Shown: positions 8,240 to 17,536 of the stretch, piece by piece
How positions within the stretch are numbered: position 1 is the first letter of the stretch
Layout of the letters: each line of letters starts with the position of its first letter
Virus record (IMG/VR): IMGVR_UViG_3300042898_001199
Span: 1 to 63,903 of that record
Reading direction: 5' to 3' (one strand)
Source of the DNA: a virus
Lineage: Duplodnaviria > Caudoviricetes
Length of the DNA: 63,903 nt
The notes under the pieces: generated by a model
Database searches by the model: none
What the model saw: only the letters and a program-made list of their open reading frames with translations
Told to the model about the DNA's origin: nothing
Made by a program: the position numbers and the translations under genes

Positions 8240-8514
8240 AACACTTTGTAAAAGACATTGCAGACCAAGTAATGCTAGATGTATGTCCATCAGGAAGATT
8301 ACTAGCCTTCAACGAAGTCCATGTTGTGGATTGTGGGAACAAGAATATCAAGGTATACCTTCAAGGTGTAATTAACATGGATGAGGAGAACTTGATAATC
8401 CACACCGCAACTTACACGGATGATATGGAAGCAGATGAAGACTTGCCTGAGGACTGGAAAGAGTTCGATGACAGCGAGATTATTTATCTAGAAAAGCATT
8501 TACAATACTCGTAG
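8236..8514 (+). CDS. acidic early hypothetical protein
   Basis: last ORF before the terminator. Confidence 0.75.
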   Translation: MKHFVKDIADQVMLDVCPSGRLLAFNEVHVVDCGNKNIKVYLQGVINMDEENLIIHTATYTDDMEADEDLPEDWKEFDDSEIIYLEKHLQYS

Positions 8515-8534
8515 TTCATGGGTAAATTGGTTAG

Positions 8535-8570
8535 AAGAGAGGGGGTAGACTTTGTCTATTCCCTTTTTTT
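8535..8570 (+). terminator. intrinsic terminator ending the early operon
   Basis: GGGGGTAGAC-TTT-GTCTATTCCC followed by T7. Confidence 0.85.
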
Positions 8571-8761
8571 GTTTTCACTATCTTTGTAATCAATAGGTTA
8601 AACACTATCTCACTAATAAAAATACACGCTCACATGAATAAGCAAATATCACCCCGTAAAAACAACATGACTTACGCTGTAGTATACATGATGGTTGCTT
8701 TTAGAAAGCTCAGCAAAATCAACATCCAGAACGCATTTATCACAAAAAAAATTGGCCGTTT

Positions 8762-9085
8762 ATGATAGTAAGAGAAACCATTCAGGAGGGGACTTTAAAA
8801 CAAAATAAGAACCCATCAATAGAGATACCTAAGCATGTTTTAGACCACCTTATTTCATCTTGTAGGTCACACGCTGACGTATTAAACATGCACTATATAT
8901 GTAACAAGCAGAAACTCCCGTTAAGATTCATGAACGACCTTATCATCAGGAAGAAGCCTCTAAAGAATAGAGAGAAGATAGATTTGATGCTCAAGGGCTT
9001 GATTGAATACTGCGAAGAGGTAGACGAATTACGGCTCAAAATACAAAAGATAATAGATGAAATCGGTACACAAGACAAGGGCTAA
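8762..9085 (+). CDS. hypothetical protein
   Basis: 107-aa ORF; TATCTTTG promoter-like element at 8579-8586. Confidence 0.7.
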   Translation: MIVRETIQEGTLKQNKNPSIEIPKHVLDHLISSCRSHADVLNMHYICNKQKLPLRFMNDLIIRKKPLKNREKIDLMLKGLIEYCEEVDELRLKIQKIIDEIGTQDKG

Positions 9086-9296
9086 GTGGCTAATTTATTT
9101 TGCCAATAGGAATATCAACCCGAAGAAAGCTTTGATGGTATTCCGTCCTGAATATGACAAGCCTGATATAAGTAGGATGATGTCACTTTTCTTCGGTACG
9201 CCTAAATTTACCGAGGCTGACATTGAAGACTGGAGAGCAATTAAGAAATGTATAGAACGAACTGAAGATAGAAACAATGGCAAACTTTTCTCGTAG
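9057..9296 (+). CDS. hypothetical protein
   Basis: overlapping ORF in operon. Confidence 0.65.
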   Translation: MKSVHKTRAKWLIYFANRNINPKKALMVFRPEYDKPDISRMMSLFFGTPKFTEADIEDWRAIKKCIERTEDRNNGKLFS

Positions 9297-9564
9297 TAAT
9301 AAGTACAGAAGTCGGGCTGAGAAGTACATGGAAATTGACAGCCTACATAAAAGGGTTGTTGCCATACTCACAAAGACTGGCCTTAGAAATGATCCCAAGG
9401 CTTACCTGACATTTGATCTGGCTCTCTATCCCATGGATATCGATCAGAGGAGGAAGATTCTAAAGAAGATATTCAGCCCTGATGGGAGAGAGATTAAGGA
9501 GGAGCATAAACAACAAATAGAATTGTTAGAAACTTTTTTCGATAGGAATTGTAAAAGTTTGTAA
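9277..9564 (+). CDS. hypothetical protein
   Basis: ORF in operon. Confidence 0.7.
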   Translation: MANFSRSNKYRSRAEKYMEIDSLHKRVVAILTKTGLRNDPKAYLTFDLALYPMDIDQRRKILKKIFSPDGREIKEEHKQQIELLETFFDRNCKSL

Positions 9565-9580
9565 TTCTTTTGTATATTTG
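9549..9580 (+). promoter_or_regulatory. Bacteroidota primary-sigma promoter
   Basis: TTG(9549)-N21-TATATTTG(9573-9580). Confidence 0.75.
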
Positions 9581-9606
9581 CATAAACCAATAAATAATAA
9601 ATAACT

Positions 9607-9786
9607 ATGGAAACACACGACTTATTCTTCTGTCGCTACTGCGATGAAGACTTACTAGACGAAAGAATCAAAACCGTGGCCGAAGACCAGAACATCGAAG
9701 AGGATGAGGCCAAGGACATCATTGACACCGAGGGGGAGATTGGATTATGCAGAGCATGTCAAAGCGAAGAGGATTCAGACTGGTAA
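9607..9786 (+). CDS. 59-aa acidic Zn-finger-like protein (not in ORF track)
   Basis: CRYC...CRAC pairs; first gene after the promoter. Confidence 0.7.
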   Translation: METHDLFFCRYCDEDLLDERIKTVAEDQNIEEDEAKDIIDTEGEIGLCRACQSEEDSDW

Positions 9787-9811
9787 ATATTAACAAGTAA
9801 ATTACACACAA

Positions 9812-10681
9812 ATGTCAAACATAACAATTTCACCAAAGACGGTAATGCCGTTCATCGAACCTCGCAGAGAGGAAATGATTAAGCTGATGGGAGGAGAAGA
9901 AGTTCTCATGAGAGAGATGTCTTTCGCCATCCAAGCTGCTAACAACAACCAAGTGTTGGCAAATTCTAACCCACAATCAATTGCAATGGCTGTGTACAAC
10001 TGTGCATTGACCAAGTTGTCTCTGAACCCTGTAATGAACCTAGCTTATCTAGTTCCTTTCAAGGGCAACGCGAAGCTAATGCCAGGATATCAGGGGATGA
10101 TTAAGCTTATCTCTGACACAGGGATTATCAAGTCGGTATCTTCGGCGGTAGTTTATCGAGGGGACGATTTTGACTTTGTTCAGGGGACTAGCCCGGAGAT
10201 TATACACAAGCCTAAGGGTGAGACCTTCAAGAACAGCGATGTCATAGCCGTGTACGCAATCTTCGTACTACACAATGACGAGAAACTGTTCGAGATTATG
10301 TGGAAGCCTCAGATTGATGCCATCAAGAACCGATCGGAGACAGGGCGTAAAGATGAAGGGCCGTGGTCTACAGACTACGGGGAGATGGCACGCAAGACGG
10401 TTGTCAAGAGAGGTTGGAAGTCTATACCGAAATCATCTTTCGCACTAGACAAGATTGAGAAGGTTAACACGGCTATCAGCATCGACAACGAGGAGTACAA
10501 GACAGTCGAGTATGTTAAGATGAGCGAGGAGCAAATCGAGAGACTGCTTGAGAAGACAACCAACGTGGTAGAACTTGAGGCTGCACTATCTGACGAGTCG
10601 GTGATGATCGATCCAGAGCAGAAGAAAGAAATCATAGAGAAAGCTAAAAACAAAAATAAAAAAGGAGGTGACGATGAGTAA
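9812..10681 (+). CDS. recT: RecT-family ssDNA annealing recombinase
   Basis: LSLNP..LAYLVPF..GYQGMI and PWSTDYGEMARKTVVKR motifs. Confidence 0.9.
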   Translation: MSNITISPKTVMPFIEPRREEMIKLMGGEEVLMREMSFAIQAANNNQVLANSNPQSIAMAVYNCALTKLSLNPVMNLAYLVPFKGNAKLMPGYQGMIKLISDTGIIKSVSSAVVYRGDDFDFVQGTSPEIIHKPKGETFKNSDVIAVYAIFVLHNDEKLFEIMWKPQIDAIKNRSETGRKDEGPWSTDYGEMARKTVVKRGWKSIPKSSFALDKIEKVNTAISIDNEEYKTVEYVKMSEEQIERLLEKTTNVVELEAALSDESVMIDPEQKKEIIEKAKNKNKKGGDDE

Positions 10682-11357
10682 CTTGTTAAATGAAATCTTA
10701 AAGGAACAGGCCATGGCCGCAGATCAAAGGTCACAGGCATGGTTCAACGCTCGTGTGGGTAAGTTTACCTCATCAGAGATATACAAGCTTCTTACTAACC
10801 CTCAATCAAAAGAGGCCCGTGAGAAGGGAGAGATGTCTGAGACGGCTAAGACATACGTCATGTCTAAGGTTGCCGAGGAGATGGCCGGGATGGAGCAGAC
10901 TACTAACTCGGCAGCTACAGACTGGGGCTTGGACCACGAGGCAGAGGCTTGCAACCTATACGCAGAGATGATGGAGTCTCATGTTGACTCTACCGGATTC
11001 ATACCGTACGGAGACCACGCAGGGGGTTCTCCTGACGGTATCTGTTCACGCTTCGGAGTGATTGAGATTAAATGTCCTTACAACTTTGAGAATCACATTC
11101 AGAATCTACTCATAAAGGACGAGGCTGAGTTGCTTAAGGAGAGAAAGGCTTACTGGTGGCAACTTCAAATGAACATGCTGGTCGCAGGCAAGGAGGAGGG
11201 GATGTTTATATCTTACGATCCTAGAATGGATGGCAAGAGTAAATTACAAATAATTCCCGTACATTTGCAAAGCAACACAAAAGAAGTCATAGACACTGTC
11301 CTTGATAAAGCAGTAGCTTACAAGCAAATGTTAATTGAGATGATAAAAAACAGATAA
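10668..11357 (+). CDS. YqaJ/lambda-exonuclease-like recombination exonuclease
   Basis: QRSQAWFNARVGKFTSS, GGSPDG, EIKCP, YWWQLQ motifs; adjacent to recT. Confidence 0.9.
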   Translation: MTMSNLLNEILKEQAMAADQRSQAWFNARVGKFTSSEIYKLLTNPQSKEAREKGEMSETAKTYVMSKVAEEMAGMEQTTNSAATDWGLDHEAEACNLYAEMMESHVDSTGFIPYGDHAGGSPDGICSRFGVIEIKCPYNFENHIQNLLIKDEAELLKERKAYWWQLQMNMLVAGKEEGMFISYDPRMDGKSKLQIIPVHLQSNTKEVIDTVLDKAVAYKQMLIEMIKNR

Positions 11358-11359
11358 GT

Positions 11360-11686
11360 ATGTTAACAGACAAAAAGAAACACCAAATCATTGCCTCTGT
11401 GCTACACGCAAACTGTTTTGTAATACTATCTGACGAGATAGGGCCACCATACTGGGAAAAGGAAATCAAGATGATTGCCAAGAGGTATGTGGAAGCTATC
11501 GAGAAGAAGTACAAATTGCTAGCATCTGTTCTGTTCCAAATTGAAGGGGGGGATATGTATCAAAAGGCTCAGTCCGACTGTGAAGAACTTGTTGCCCTAA
11601 TTAGTAAGCTAGACTGGCACAAACACCACAAAGTAATTGAATACATTAAAACCCTTGAAGAAGATGAACAAGATTCAGAAAACTAA
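11360..11686 (+). CDS. hypothetical protein
   Basis: 108-aa ORF in operon. Confidence 0.7.
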   Translation: MLTDKKKHQIIASVLHANCFVILSDEIGPPYWEKEIKMIAKRYVEAIEKKYKLLASVLFQIEGGDMYQKAQSDCEELVALISKLDWHKHHKVIEYIKTLEEDEQDSEN

Positions 11687-12044
11687 TCTATACTTTATTG
11701 CTTTCATTGTCGTTCTTATTTTATCTGGAGTAATCCTGACTAAAATATACACTGGCGAGAAAGTAATGGTTAGATCTTACAACGATTCAATCTCAGCAAA
11801 CAATCTTAAAATAAGAGAGGCGCAAAAGATTGTAGATTCATTAAAGAAAGAGTTAGCTAAACAAGATGTAGAGTACGTCTACATAAAACAAAAAGAAAGT
11901 GAAACAATTAAAACCTACAAAAATGAAAAATCTATTATTGATCACGCTCCTATTAGCGAGCAGCTTGAGCTTTTCACAAAAAACCTCAAAAGGCTTGACA
12001 GCCTCAACAAGCAAGGATACTTTGATTTCAATCAACAAGAATGA
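11664..12044 (+). CDS. membrane-anchored coiled-coil protein (i-spanin-like)
   Basis: N-terminal TM LYFIAFIVVLILSGVIL followed by coiled coil. Confidence 0.55.
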   Translation: MNKIQKTNLYFIAFIVVLILSGVILTKIYTGEKVMVRSYNDSISANNLKIREAQKIVDSLKKELAKQDVEYVYIKQKESETIKTYKNEKSIIDHAPISEQLELFTKNLKRLDSLNKQGYFDFNQQE

Positions 12045-12372
12045 TGTTGACTTGTTAAACAAAGTAATTCTGTCAGAGAACTTCTACAGGTCTTTGTACG
12101 ATTTGAATGACGAAAAGATTAATTTGTTTGAGAGTAAAATAAAAACTCTTCAAGGTGTTGTGCTGTACGATTCAATTGTTATGAAAAACTTACAAGACAA
12201 TGTATACCTTTTAGAGTACGACTTATCTGTAGCTAAAGAAAGTGCTGACCGTTCTTACAGCGAAAGATCAAAAGCTGTTATAAAAGCATACGAGTGGAAA
12301 CAACGTGCAATTTTAGGTATTCCAATCTCTTTAGCCGGAGGATTTTTAATCGCAACTCTAATCCAACACTAA
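11923..12372 (+). CDS. secreted/membrane coiled-coil protein (spanin partner-like)
   Basis: signal peptide MKNLLLITLLLASSLSFSQ, C-terminal hydrophobic segment; overlaps the previous gene by ~120 nt. Confidence 0.55.
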   Translation: MKNLLLITLLLASSLSFSQKTSKGLTASTSKDTLISINKNDVDLLNKVILSENFYRSLYDLNDEKINLFESKIKTLQGVVLYDSIVMKNLQDNVYLLEYDLSVAKESADRSYSERSKAVIKAYEWKQRAILGIPISLAGGFLIATLIQH

Positions 12373-12373
12373 T

Positions 12374-12649
12374 ATGAAACCACTATTTGATCGTATAAAG
12401 TTTAAGCCACACATACGCAAGGCTGTAACGTCCGACATTATTATAACAGAGACTAATGAGAAAGTGTTTAAGGACGAGGGATACGTCACAGACATTGGAG
12501 AGGAGGTTGAGTTTGTAAAAGTTGGAGACAGGATTAAATTCCTAGAGAAAAATGTAACATGGGTTTCTGAAAACGATGTGACCTTTGGTCTTATCTCTGA
12601 GGATCATGTGTTAGCTATAATTGATGATGAGAACGTTCAGGAAGGTTAA
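12374..12649 (+). CDS. groES: GroES-like co-chaperonin
   Basis: MKPLFDRI..., VKVGDRI, LISEDHVLAII fit the Cpn10 pattern. Confidence 0.8.
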   Translation: MKPLFDRIKFKPHIRKAVTSDIIITETNEKVFKDEGYVTDIGEEVEFVKVGDRIKFLEKNVTWVSENDVTFGLISEDHVLAIIDDENVQEG

Positions 12650-12944
12650 GTACTGGAACGGCATCTTAATCGAATCTGGGGCCTGCTTTAGGTGGGTTAA
12701 TGACAATCAAGTTGTCCACTTCGATGGTGCTAAGGAAGGCTTCTTTCACTCTTGGGGGTTCTCAAGCGGAGAAACTGTCGGCATAGTTGAATCTCTCGAG
12801 GGGGAGATTCATCTTGTCGATCCTCCGTTCATTAGATTTACACACACAGATAGCACTACAGAATCTTTAAACGAGGCTCTAGAATTTATTAATGATGAGG
12901 AACAGAGACAGAGAGTAATAGATGTTATATTTAAAATGAAGTGA
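12621..12944 (+). CDS. hypothetical protein
   Basis: GFFHSWG..TVGIVE..GEIHLVDP..IRF motif. Confidence 0.7.
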   Translation: MMMRTFRKVKYWNGILIESGACFRWVNDNQVVHFDGAKEGFFHSWGFSSGETVGIVESLEGEIHLVDPPFIRFTHTDSTTESLNEALEFINDEEQRQRVIDVIFKMK

Positions 12945-13264
12945 TGAAGGTAAATGTAAAACCATTGTCTATAAACCAAGCGTTTCAGGGCAGAAGATTT
13001 AAATCTCCGGAATATAAGGCATACGAAAAAGAATGTCTTCTTAATTTACGACCGTTTAAGTTTCCACAGGGACAAGTATCTATAACTTTGATCGTGGGGT
13101 ACTCAAATAAGGCAAACGATATAGATAACAGTATTAAACCTATCCTAGATATACTACAGAAGAAATATACCTTTAACGATAAAGATGTATATGAGCTGCA
13201 TGTGTATAAGGTAATTGTAAAAAAGGGAGAAGAGTTCTGGCAATTTGATGTCAGGCCACTATAA
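12941..13264 (+). CDS. rusA: RusA-like Holliday junction resolvase
   Basis: PLSINQ, DIDNSIKPILDILQ, FNDKDV catalytic pattern. Confidence 0.85.
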   Translation: MMKVNVKPLSINQAFQGRRFKSPEYKAYEKECLLNLRPFKFPQGQVSITLIVGYSNKANDIDNSIKPILDILQKKYTFNDKDVYELHVYKVIVKKGEEFWQFDVRPL

Positions 13265-13294
13265 AGAAGTTTTAGTTAAACAAAAGAAGGGCGG

Positions 13295-13585
13295 TTACTT
13301 CAAACGTGGAGTGCCGCCTTTTCCATTTCTAGCGCGATTGCTAGACTGTTTCTCTTTTACTATCAACCCTTTCTTTGTGTGGCTCATGTCTTTACCGTCC
13401 TTGTTACCGTAAGTTCCAGATTTTTTATTCTCTTTATTCAGCTCTGAACGATACTTACGTCTCTCGGGAGTAGAGTGATATTCTTTGTTATACTCATCCT
13501 TCTTAGCCTTAGCCTTTGGGTTAGACTGAAAGTATTTAGCACTCTCTGATTTGCCTTTTTTAGTACCTGCTAGTGAATTTCTCAT
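13295..13585 (-). CDS. basic HNH-like protein
   Basis: DGKDMSH...SSNRARN motif. Confidence 0.6.
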   Translation of the reverse strand: MRNSLAGTKKGKSESAKYFQSNPKAKAKKDEYNKEYHSTPERRKYRSELNKENKKSGTYGNKDGKDMSHTKKGLIVKEKQSSNRARNGKGGTPRLK

Positions 13586-13609
13586 GTGACAAATATACAT
13601 ATAAAAATA

Positions 13610-14029
13610 TTACAAGCCTTCCGAGTAATATGCTATCTTAAGGATCCCGTAAAGCTTGAAGACATACTCCCACCTCTTATCCTTCCGCAAGAGTTTTTCT
13701 CTCGACAAGGTATGCCAATCTGTATGATACTCCGCGTTGACAAAAATGATATTGGAGGGATTGAGACGATAGGCAGGAAAAGCTCCTTTGCCTAGGATGT
13801 GAAAGCAGATTGATGGAGAGAACTCTAACTCTCTTCCGGTTACATAACAACGATGCTTACGACTCTCCCATAGATGTTTGAAGAGATCCATCTCTCCAGT
13901 AGGCTTATACTTTTTTTTGAAATCAGTTCTCTTGAGTCCTTTTGATTTAGGTTTTGCGTCTTCTCTATAGTTTTTACAGAATGCACGATTAAAATCCGTA
14001 CAAAAACACTCCTCGGCTTGGCACTTCAT
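13610..14029 (-). CDS. HNH-like nuclease (Ref/NinG-like)
   Basis: HRCYVTG..CFHILGKG..NII..YHTDWH. Confidence 0.6.
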   Translation of the reverse strand: MKCQAEECFCTDFNRAFCKNYREDAKPKSKGLKRTDFKKKYKPTGEMDLFKHLWESRKHRCYVTGRELEFSPSICFHILGKGAFPAYRLNPSNIIFVNAEYHTDWHTLSREKLLRKDKRWEYVFKLYGILKIAYYSEGL

Positions 14030-14042
14030 GGGCGTTGTGTTT

Positions 14043-14120
14043 AAAACAAATAAGGAGGATTGCTCCCCCTTATATGTAACCTAATAAATAATCAATAAAT
14101 CTATGAGAAACAATTGAACA
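14043..14120 (-). ncRNA. candidate sRNA antisense to TAACC-AATAAAT..ATG leaders
   Basis: promoter TTTG-N21-TATATTTG (14156-14124), ~75 nt non-coding, then GCAA-tetraloop hairpin (14050-14073) plus U-rich tail. Confidence 0.55.
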
Positions 14121-14167
14121 TTGCAAATATACAAAATAATCTTTTGTAATTACAAATGTTAATAAAT

Positions 14168-14293
14168 TTAATTCTCTTCGTCTGGAACTTCTTCCGTGAC
14201 CACTTCGTAATTTCCCCACTCAATAGCCTCTTGCTCGTTTAGTGTTTCGATGTAACCGTTCTCGGTAAACATTCTATATTTAGTTATTATCAT
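14168..14293 (-). CDS. 41-aa fibre-associated small protein (not in ORF track)
   Basis: ATGA-coupled to the tail fibre stop. Confidence 0.55.
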   Translation of the reverse strand: MIITKYRMFTENGYIETLNEQEAIEWGNYEVVTEEVPDEEN

Positions 14294-16254
14294 CGTGCTG
14301 TTGTTAAGATATTTTCATAACCGATATAGTCGCAATAAAAACCTCTCGTTGTGATGCCTATTGTTTTTGCAAGTCCTGTTTTCATAAGAACATATCTGCT
14401 ATTTGATGCAAGCGGAATGTTGGTTGTGTGCGTTGCGATAGCTGTACCATTAACGTAAAATGTAACCGATGTTCCTGCTGCATTAATCTCTATTCTTAAC
14501 TTATTCCAAGCCGATGCCGTTACTGCCGTTGTTGATGTCGTTAGTGTACGCACTGAGTTAGCAACCGTTACACATTGCCAGTTAGCACTTGCTACCGTTC
14601 CATTTGCAGTACCGCCTTCATCGTATGTAATAAATACACCATCTGCTTCTGAGCTATTTGAAATGACTGAGCCAAAGCCAAAAATCATTCTATACCGTTC
14701 AAGCGCAGTGCTTAAATTATTTATGTTAATTAACGCTTCGTAGTTCCATGCACCGCCACCAAACCAAAGTTGTGCGGCTCCCGAGCTGCTACAATAATTG
14801 ATGTAGTTAGTAGCAATTATATTCGTTTGAAAAAACGCTACTCCCTGCTGATTTGTTCTGTTAGGAATCTGTGATCCTACAATTAAACCTAATGAACCAC
14901 CCGATGCAAATGATTGGCCCCCATCTAACGTTGCGTTAGTTAAAAAGTCCGTAAAGAAAGATACCATTCTTTTGCCCTTGTCAATAAATGACAAAGAATT
15001 CACAGCGTCTACCGTTGGGAATTTTACTCCTGTTCCATCTATTGCTAACGAGTTCTGTTTGTTGGCTGCATCTTCGGGGGTGAAGCCTAACGCATTTTGC
15101 TTGCCGTTGAATGTAGCCCAATCTGTTGATGATAGCTTTCCTGTATTAGTAGCCGAGGCAATAGGGACATTAAACGTATGAGTAGTTCCTGTTGAGGAGA
15201 TGGCAAAGTCTGTTCCTGCTGTTCCTGTAGCTAGCGTTTGAACAGCTCCTGCCAATGAGTTAATGGCGGTAATACCTGTACCTGCCAATATACCTGCCTG
15301 CTGAGTAACTGTTAAGATTACTGAAGCAGCTGATGGAGGAGGAGATCCTGCGGCATAAAACTGCATTGTTACACTAGCAGCAGCAGTTGTACTCCACATC
15401 AACTCATAATATTGACCTCCGACTACATCAAGCAGATAGTTCCATGAAACTACACAATGTCCGTTAACACTACCATGTTTAGCTGGTACTCCAATAAAAC
15501 CACTTGACCCAGGTACATCTACTCCGTTTAATCGAAGCCAAATAGTTACATCATGTTCTTGATTATCTGTGTTTTGAAACTGGGATGAGAACTGAAGGTT
15601 GTATACACCTGTGTGAGCAAAGGTAATTCTTGTTAAATTGGTTCCATTAGTAATTACCGAGATGCCATTGGCTAAATCGATAGTTCTAAATATCATCGGG
15701 TAACCGGTATTGCTTACAGCCGCAGTTTGAGTTATGTCATCTTGCCACGCTCCGTAGTACCCTAAAGGGGTTGGAGCAGTTCCTGAAACTAATTCGTGAT
15801 AAGCACCTGCATCCCAATAGTATGCGATTCCTGTAGACTCGTCAATATATATTACTGAGGGAGTACCTACAGCAGGAAAAGAGAAGTAGTCGGGATAAGC
15901 CGCCACAACTCCTCCAACAAAGGTGGGTCCAGGGCAACATCCTTGGATAACGTCTGAAATTAAAAAGGCGTATATGTCGTAAAGTCTACTTACATAAGCA
16001 TCACTTGTGTCAGATGGGTCTATCCCTGCTGAGTATATCTTATTGCTTGTCGCTCCATAGATGGCAATTACATTAAATACATTGAAAGAGAGAGTCTTTA
16101 CGCTGTTTGAGAATACAATTGTCTTGGCTGTATTGTTCTCAGATCCAACAGAGACAGAGCTTGTAATGTTGAAAGAATCTACAATATCTGATCCGTTGTA
16201 AAACTGGACTATCCCGTTGGTTAAACGCTGTATTTTCGTTACATTTACATTCAT
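14290..16254 (-). CDS. tail fibre / receptor-binding protein
   Basis: G/T/S/A-rich; FPAVG..YID..YYWD linker, C1q/TNF-like ITFAHTGVYNLQFS, GKLSSTDWATFNGKQ repeat, lectin-like C-terminus. Confidence 0.75.
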   Translation of the reverse strand: MNVNVTKIQRLTNGIVQFYNGSDIVDSFNITSSVSVGSENNTAKTIVFSNSVKTLSFNVFNVIAIYGATSNKIYSAGIDPSDTSDAYVSRLYDIYAFLISDVIQGCCPGPTFVGGVVAAYPDYFSFPAVGTPSVIYIDESTGIAYYWDAGAYHELVSGTAPTPLGYYGAWQDDITQTAAVSNTGYPMIFRTIDLANGISVITNGTNLTRITFAHTGVYNLQFSSQFQNTDNQEHDVTIWLRLNGVDVPGSSGFIGVPAKHGSVNGHCVVSWNYLLDVVGGQYYELMWSTTAAASVTMQFYAAGSPPPSAASVILTVTQQAGILAGTGITAINSLAGAVQTLATGTAGTDFAISSTGTTHTFNVPIASATNTGKLSSTDWATFNGKQNALGFTPEDAANKQNSLAIDGTGVKFPTVDAVNSLSFIDKGKRMVSFFTDFLTNATLDGGQSFASGGSLGLIVGSQIPNRTNQQGVAFFQTNIIATNYINYCSSSGAAQLWFGGGAWNYEALININNLSTALERYRMIFGFGSVISNSSEADGVFITYDEGGTANGTVASANWQCVTVANSVRTLTTSTTAVTASAWNKLRIEINAAGTSVTFYVNGTAIATHTTNIPLASNSRYVLMKTGLAKTIGITTRGFYCDYIGYENILTTAR

Positions 16255-17105
16255 TGCTCAAGCATTAGTACAGACGCAATCTCGTCATCGGATGCGTTAA
16301 TACAAAAATACTGAAAATTATTGTACTTATCTGCCATTTCTGGACTTATTTTAGAAAAGGATTGGCTGTTTACACCAGCTGCTATCATTTTGCCGATCAC
16401 ATACTTAGCATCGGAATGAGTTCGAGATGTTGATGGAATAGGTTCTACCGGTATTTTATATTCCTGAACAGGTGTAGTTATACTATCATCTTCTTTCTTC
16501 GGTTCAAAAACACGTTCGGCCTTTCTCTTTTTAAAGCTAGACTTAACCTTGCTGTAGTTTGATTCTCCGTAGAGGAACTCAAAAAATTGCTTGGTTGTTA
16601 CCCTTTCCGAATCAAACTTTTTCTGAACTTCTTCCAGAGCCTGGCCAATAGGGAAATTAAGGGGCTTACAATACCTACGAAGAGACTTAATAGTACTGCA
16701 CTTAGAAACCATAATAGGATCCAAGGCATGCTCTTCAGCCACAATCTTCCACGACTTAACTTCATGATATTCTGTTGGTTTTTTATTCTTTTCAAATTGA
16801 AATTCTACGGGTATCCCAAGAGCGTTGCAGCACATTACAAGCAACTTAATAGTCGCTATGGCTGTTATCACCTCTCTAGGCCTGTTATCTTCGCAAATAG
16901 TTGTAAATGAATCGGATCTTCTCTCTAATCCATTCTCAACAATACTAATGTATCCGCTGATTTTTGCGCTTTTAGGGGAGAGAGACTCTTCCTTAACTAA
17001 GGACCATAAAGAATTAGGGTTATTCAGCTGGCCGTTTAAAATCGTGTAAAGATCCATCAGAGCCTTTTCTTCCGAGGAAAGAGAGAACGGTATTTTAAAA
17101 CTCAT
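16251..17105 (-). CDS. hypothetical protein
   Basis: 284-aa ORF with ACACAAC leader. Confidence 0.75.
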   Translation of the reverse strand: MSFKIPFSLSSEEKALMDLYTILNGQLNNPNSLWSLVKEESLSPKSAKISGYISIVENGLERRSDSFTTICEDNRPREVITAIATIKLLVMCCNALGIPVEFQFEKNKKPTEYHEVKSWKIVAEEHALDPIMVSKCSTIKSLRRYCKPLNFPIGQALEEVQKKFDSERVTTKQFFEFLYGESNYSKVKSSFKKRKAERVFEPKKEDDSITTPVQEYKIPVEPIPSTSRTHSDAKYVIGKMIAAGVNSQSFSKISPEMADKYNNFQYFCINASDDEIASVLMLEQ

Positions 17106-17117
17106 GCGTTGTGTTTT

Positions 17118-17366
17118 TTATTTTTCTTCTTCGGATGGTGTGTCATCCTTCTTCTTGTATCGCGTAAAGATACTCTCAATAACCGTAAGTCCCAAACCTC
17201 CTCCTGCTATGACAAGAAGTCCCTCAAACATATAGTCAGGGCATCTGTATGAAGTGAATGTGGCAATGTACGCAAGCGATATGCAAACGAGTAAAGATAA
17301 TAAAGCACTGACTCTTTTTGTACTCGCATCTCCTTCAGAACTTAGTAGTGATTTTATCCATTTCAC
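17118..17366 (-). CDS. holin-like membrane protein
   Basis: two TM segments, STKR motif, charged C-terminus, next to the putative endolysin. Confidence 0.6.
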   Translation of the reverse strand: MKWIKSLLSSEGDASTKRVSALLSLLVCISLAYIATFTSYRCPDYMFEGLLVIAGGGLGLTVIESIFTRYKKKDDTPSEEEK

Positions 17367-17536
17367 TTCTTTTTAGCCATTTTAATTATGGTGTAAATAG
17401 AGGCTATACCGGATAAGAAGAGGCAAAACATTTTAAGAGCAAACTCAACATCCAACAACCATGCTGGAACTGATAATAGAATGCTGCTGATTGTACCCGT
17501 TACCCCTTCCGCTATTTGTTGTTGGTGGTTGCTCAT
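17363..17536 (-). CDS. 57-aa membrane protein, holin/antiholin candidate (not in ORF track)
   Basis: hydrophobic ORF ending MAKKK, coupled to both neighbours. Confidence 0.6.
   Translation of the reverse strand: MSNHQQQIAEGVTGTISSILLSVPAWLLDVEFALKMFCLFLSGIASIYTIIKMAKKK

Noticed and set aside
14290-16254. Diversity-generating retroelement target in the fibre gene
   Set aside because: No reverse transcriptase or template/variable repeat pair seen
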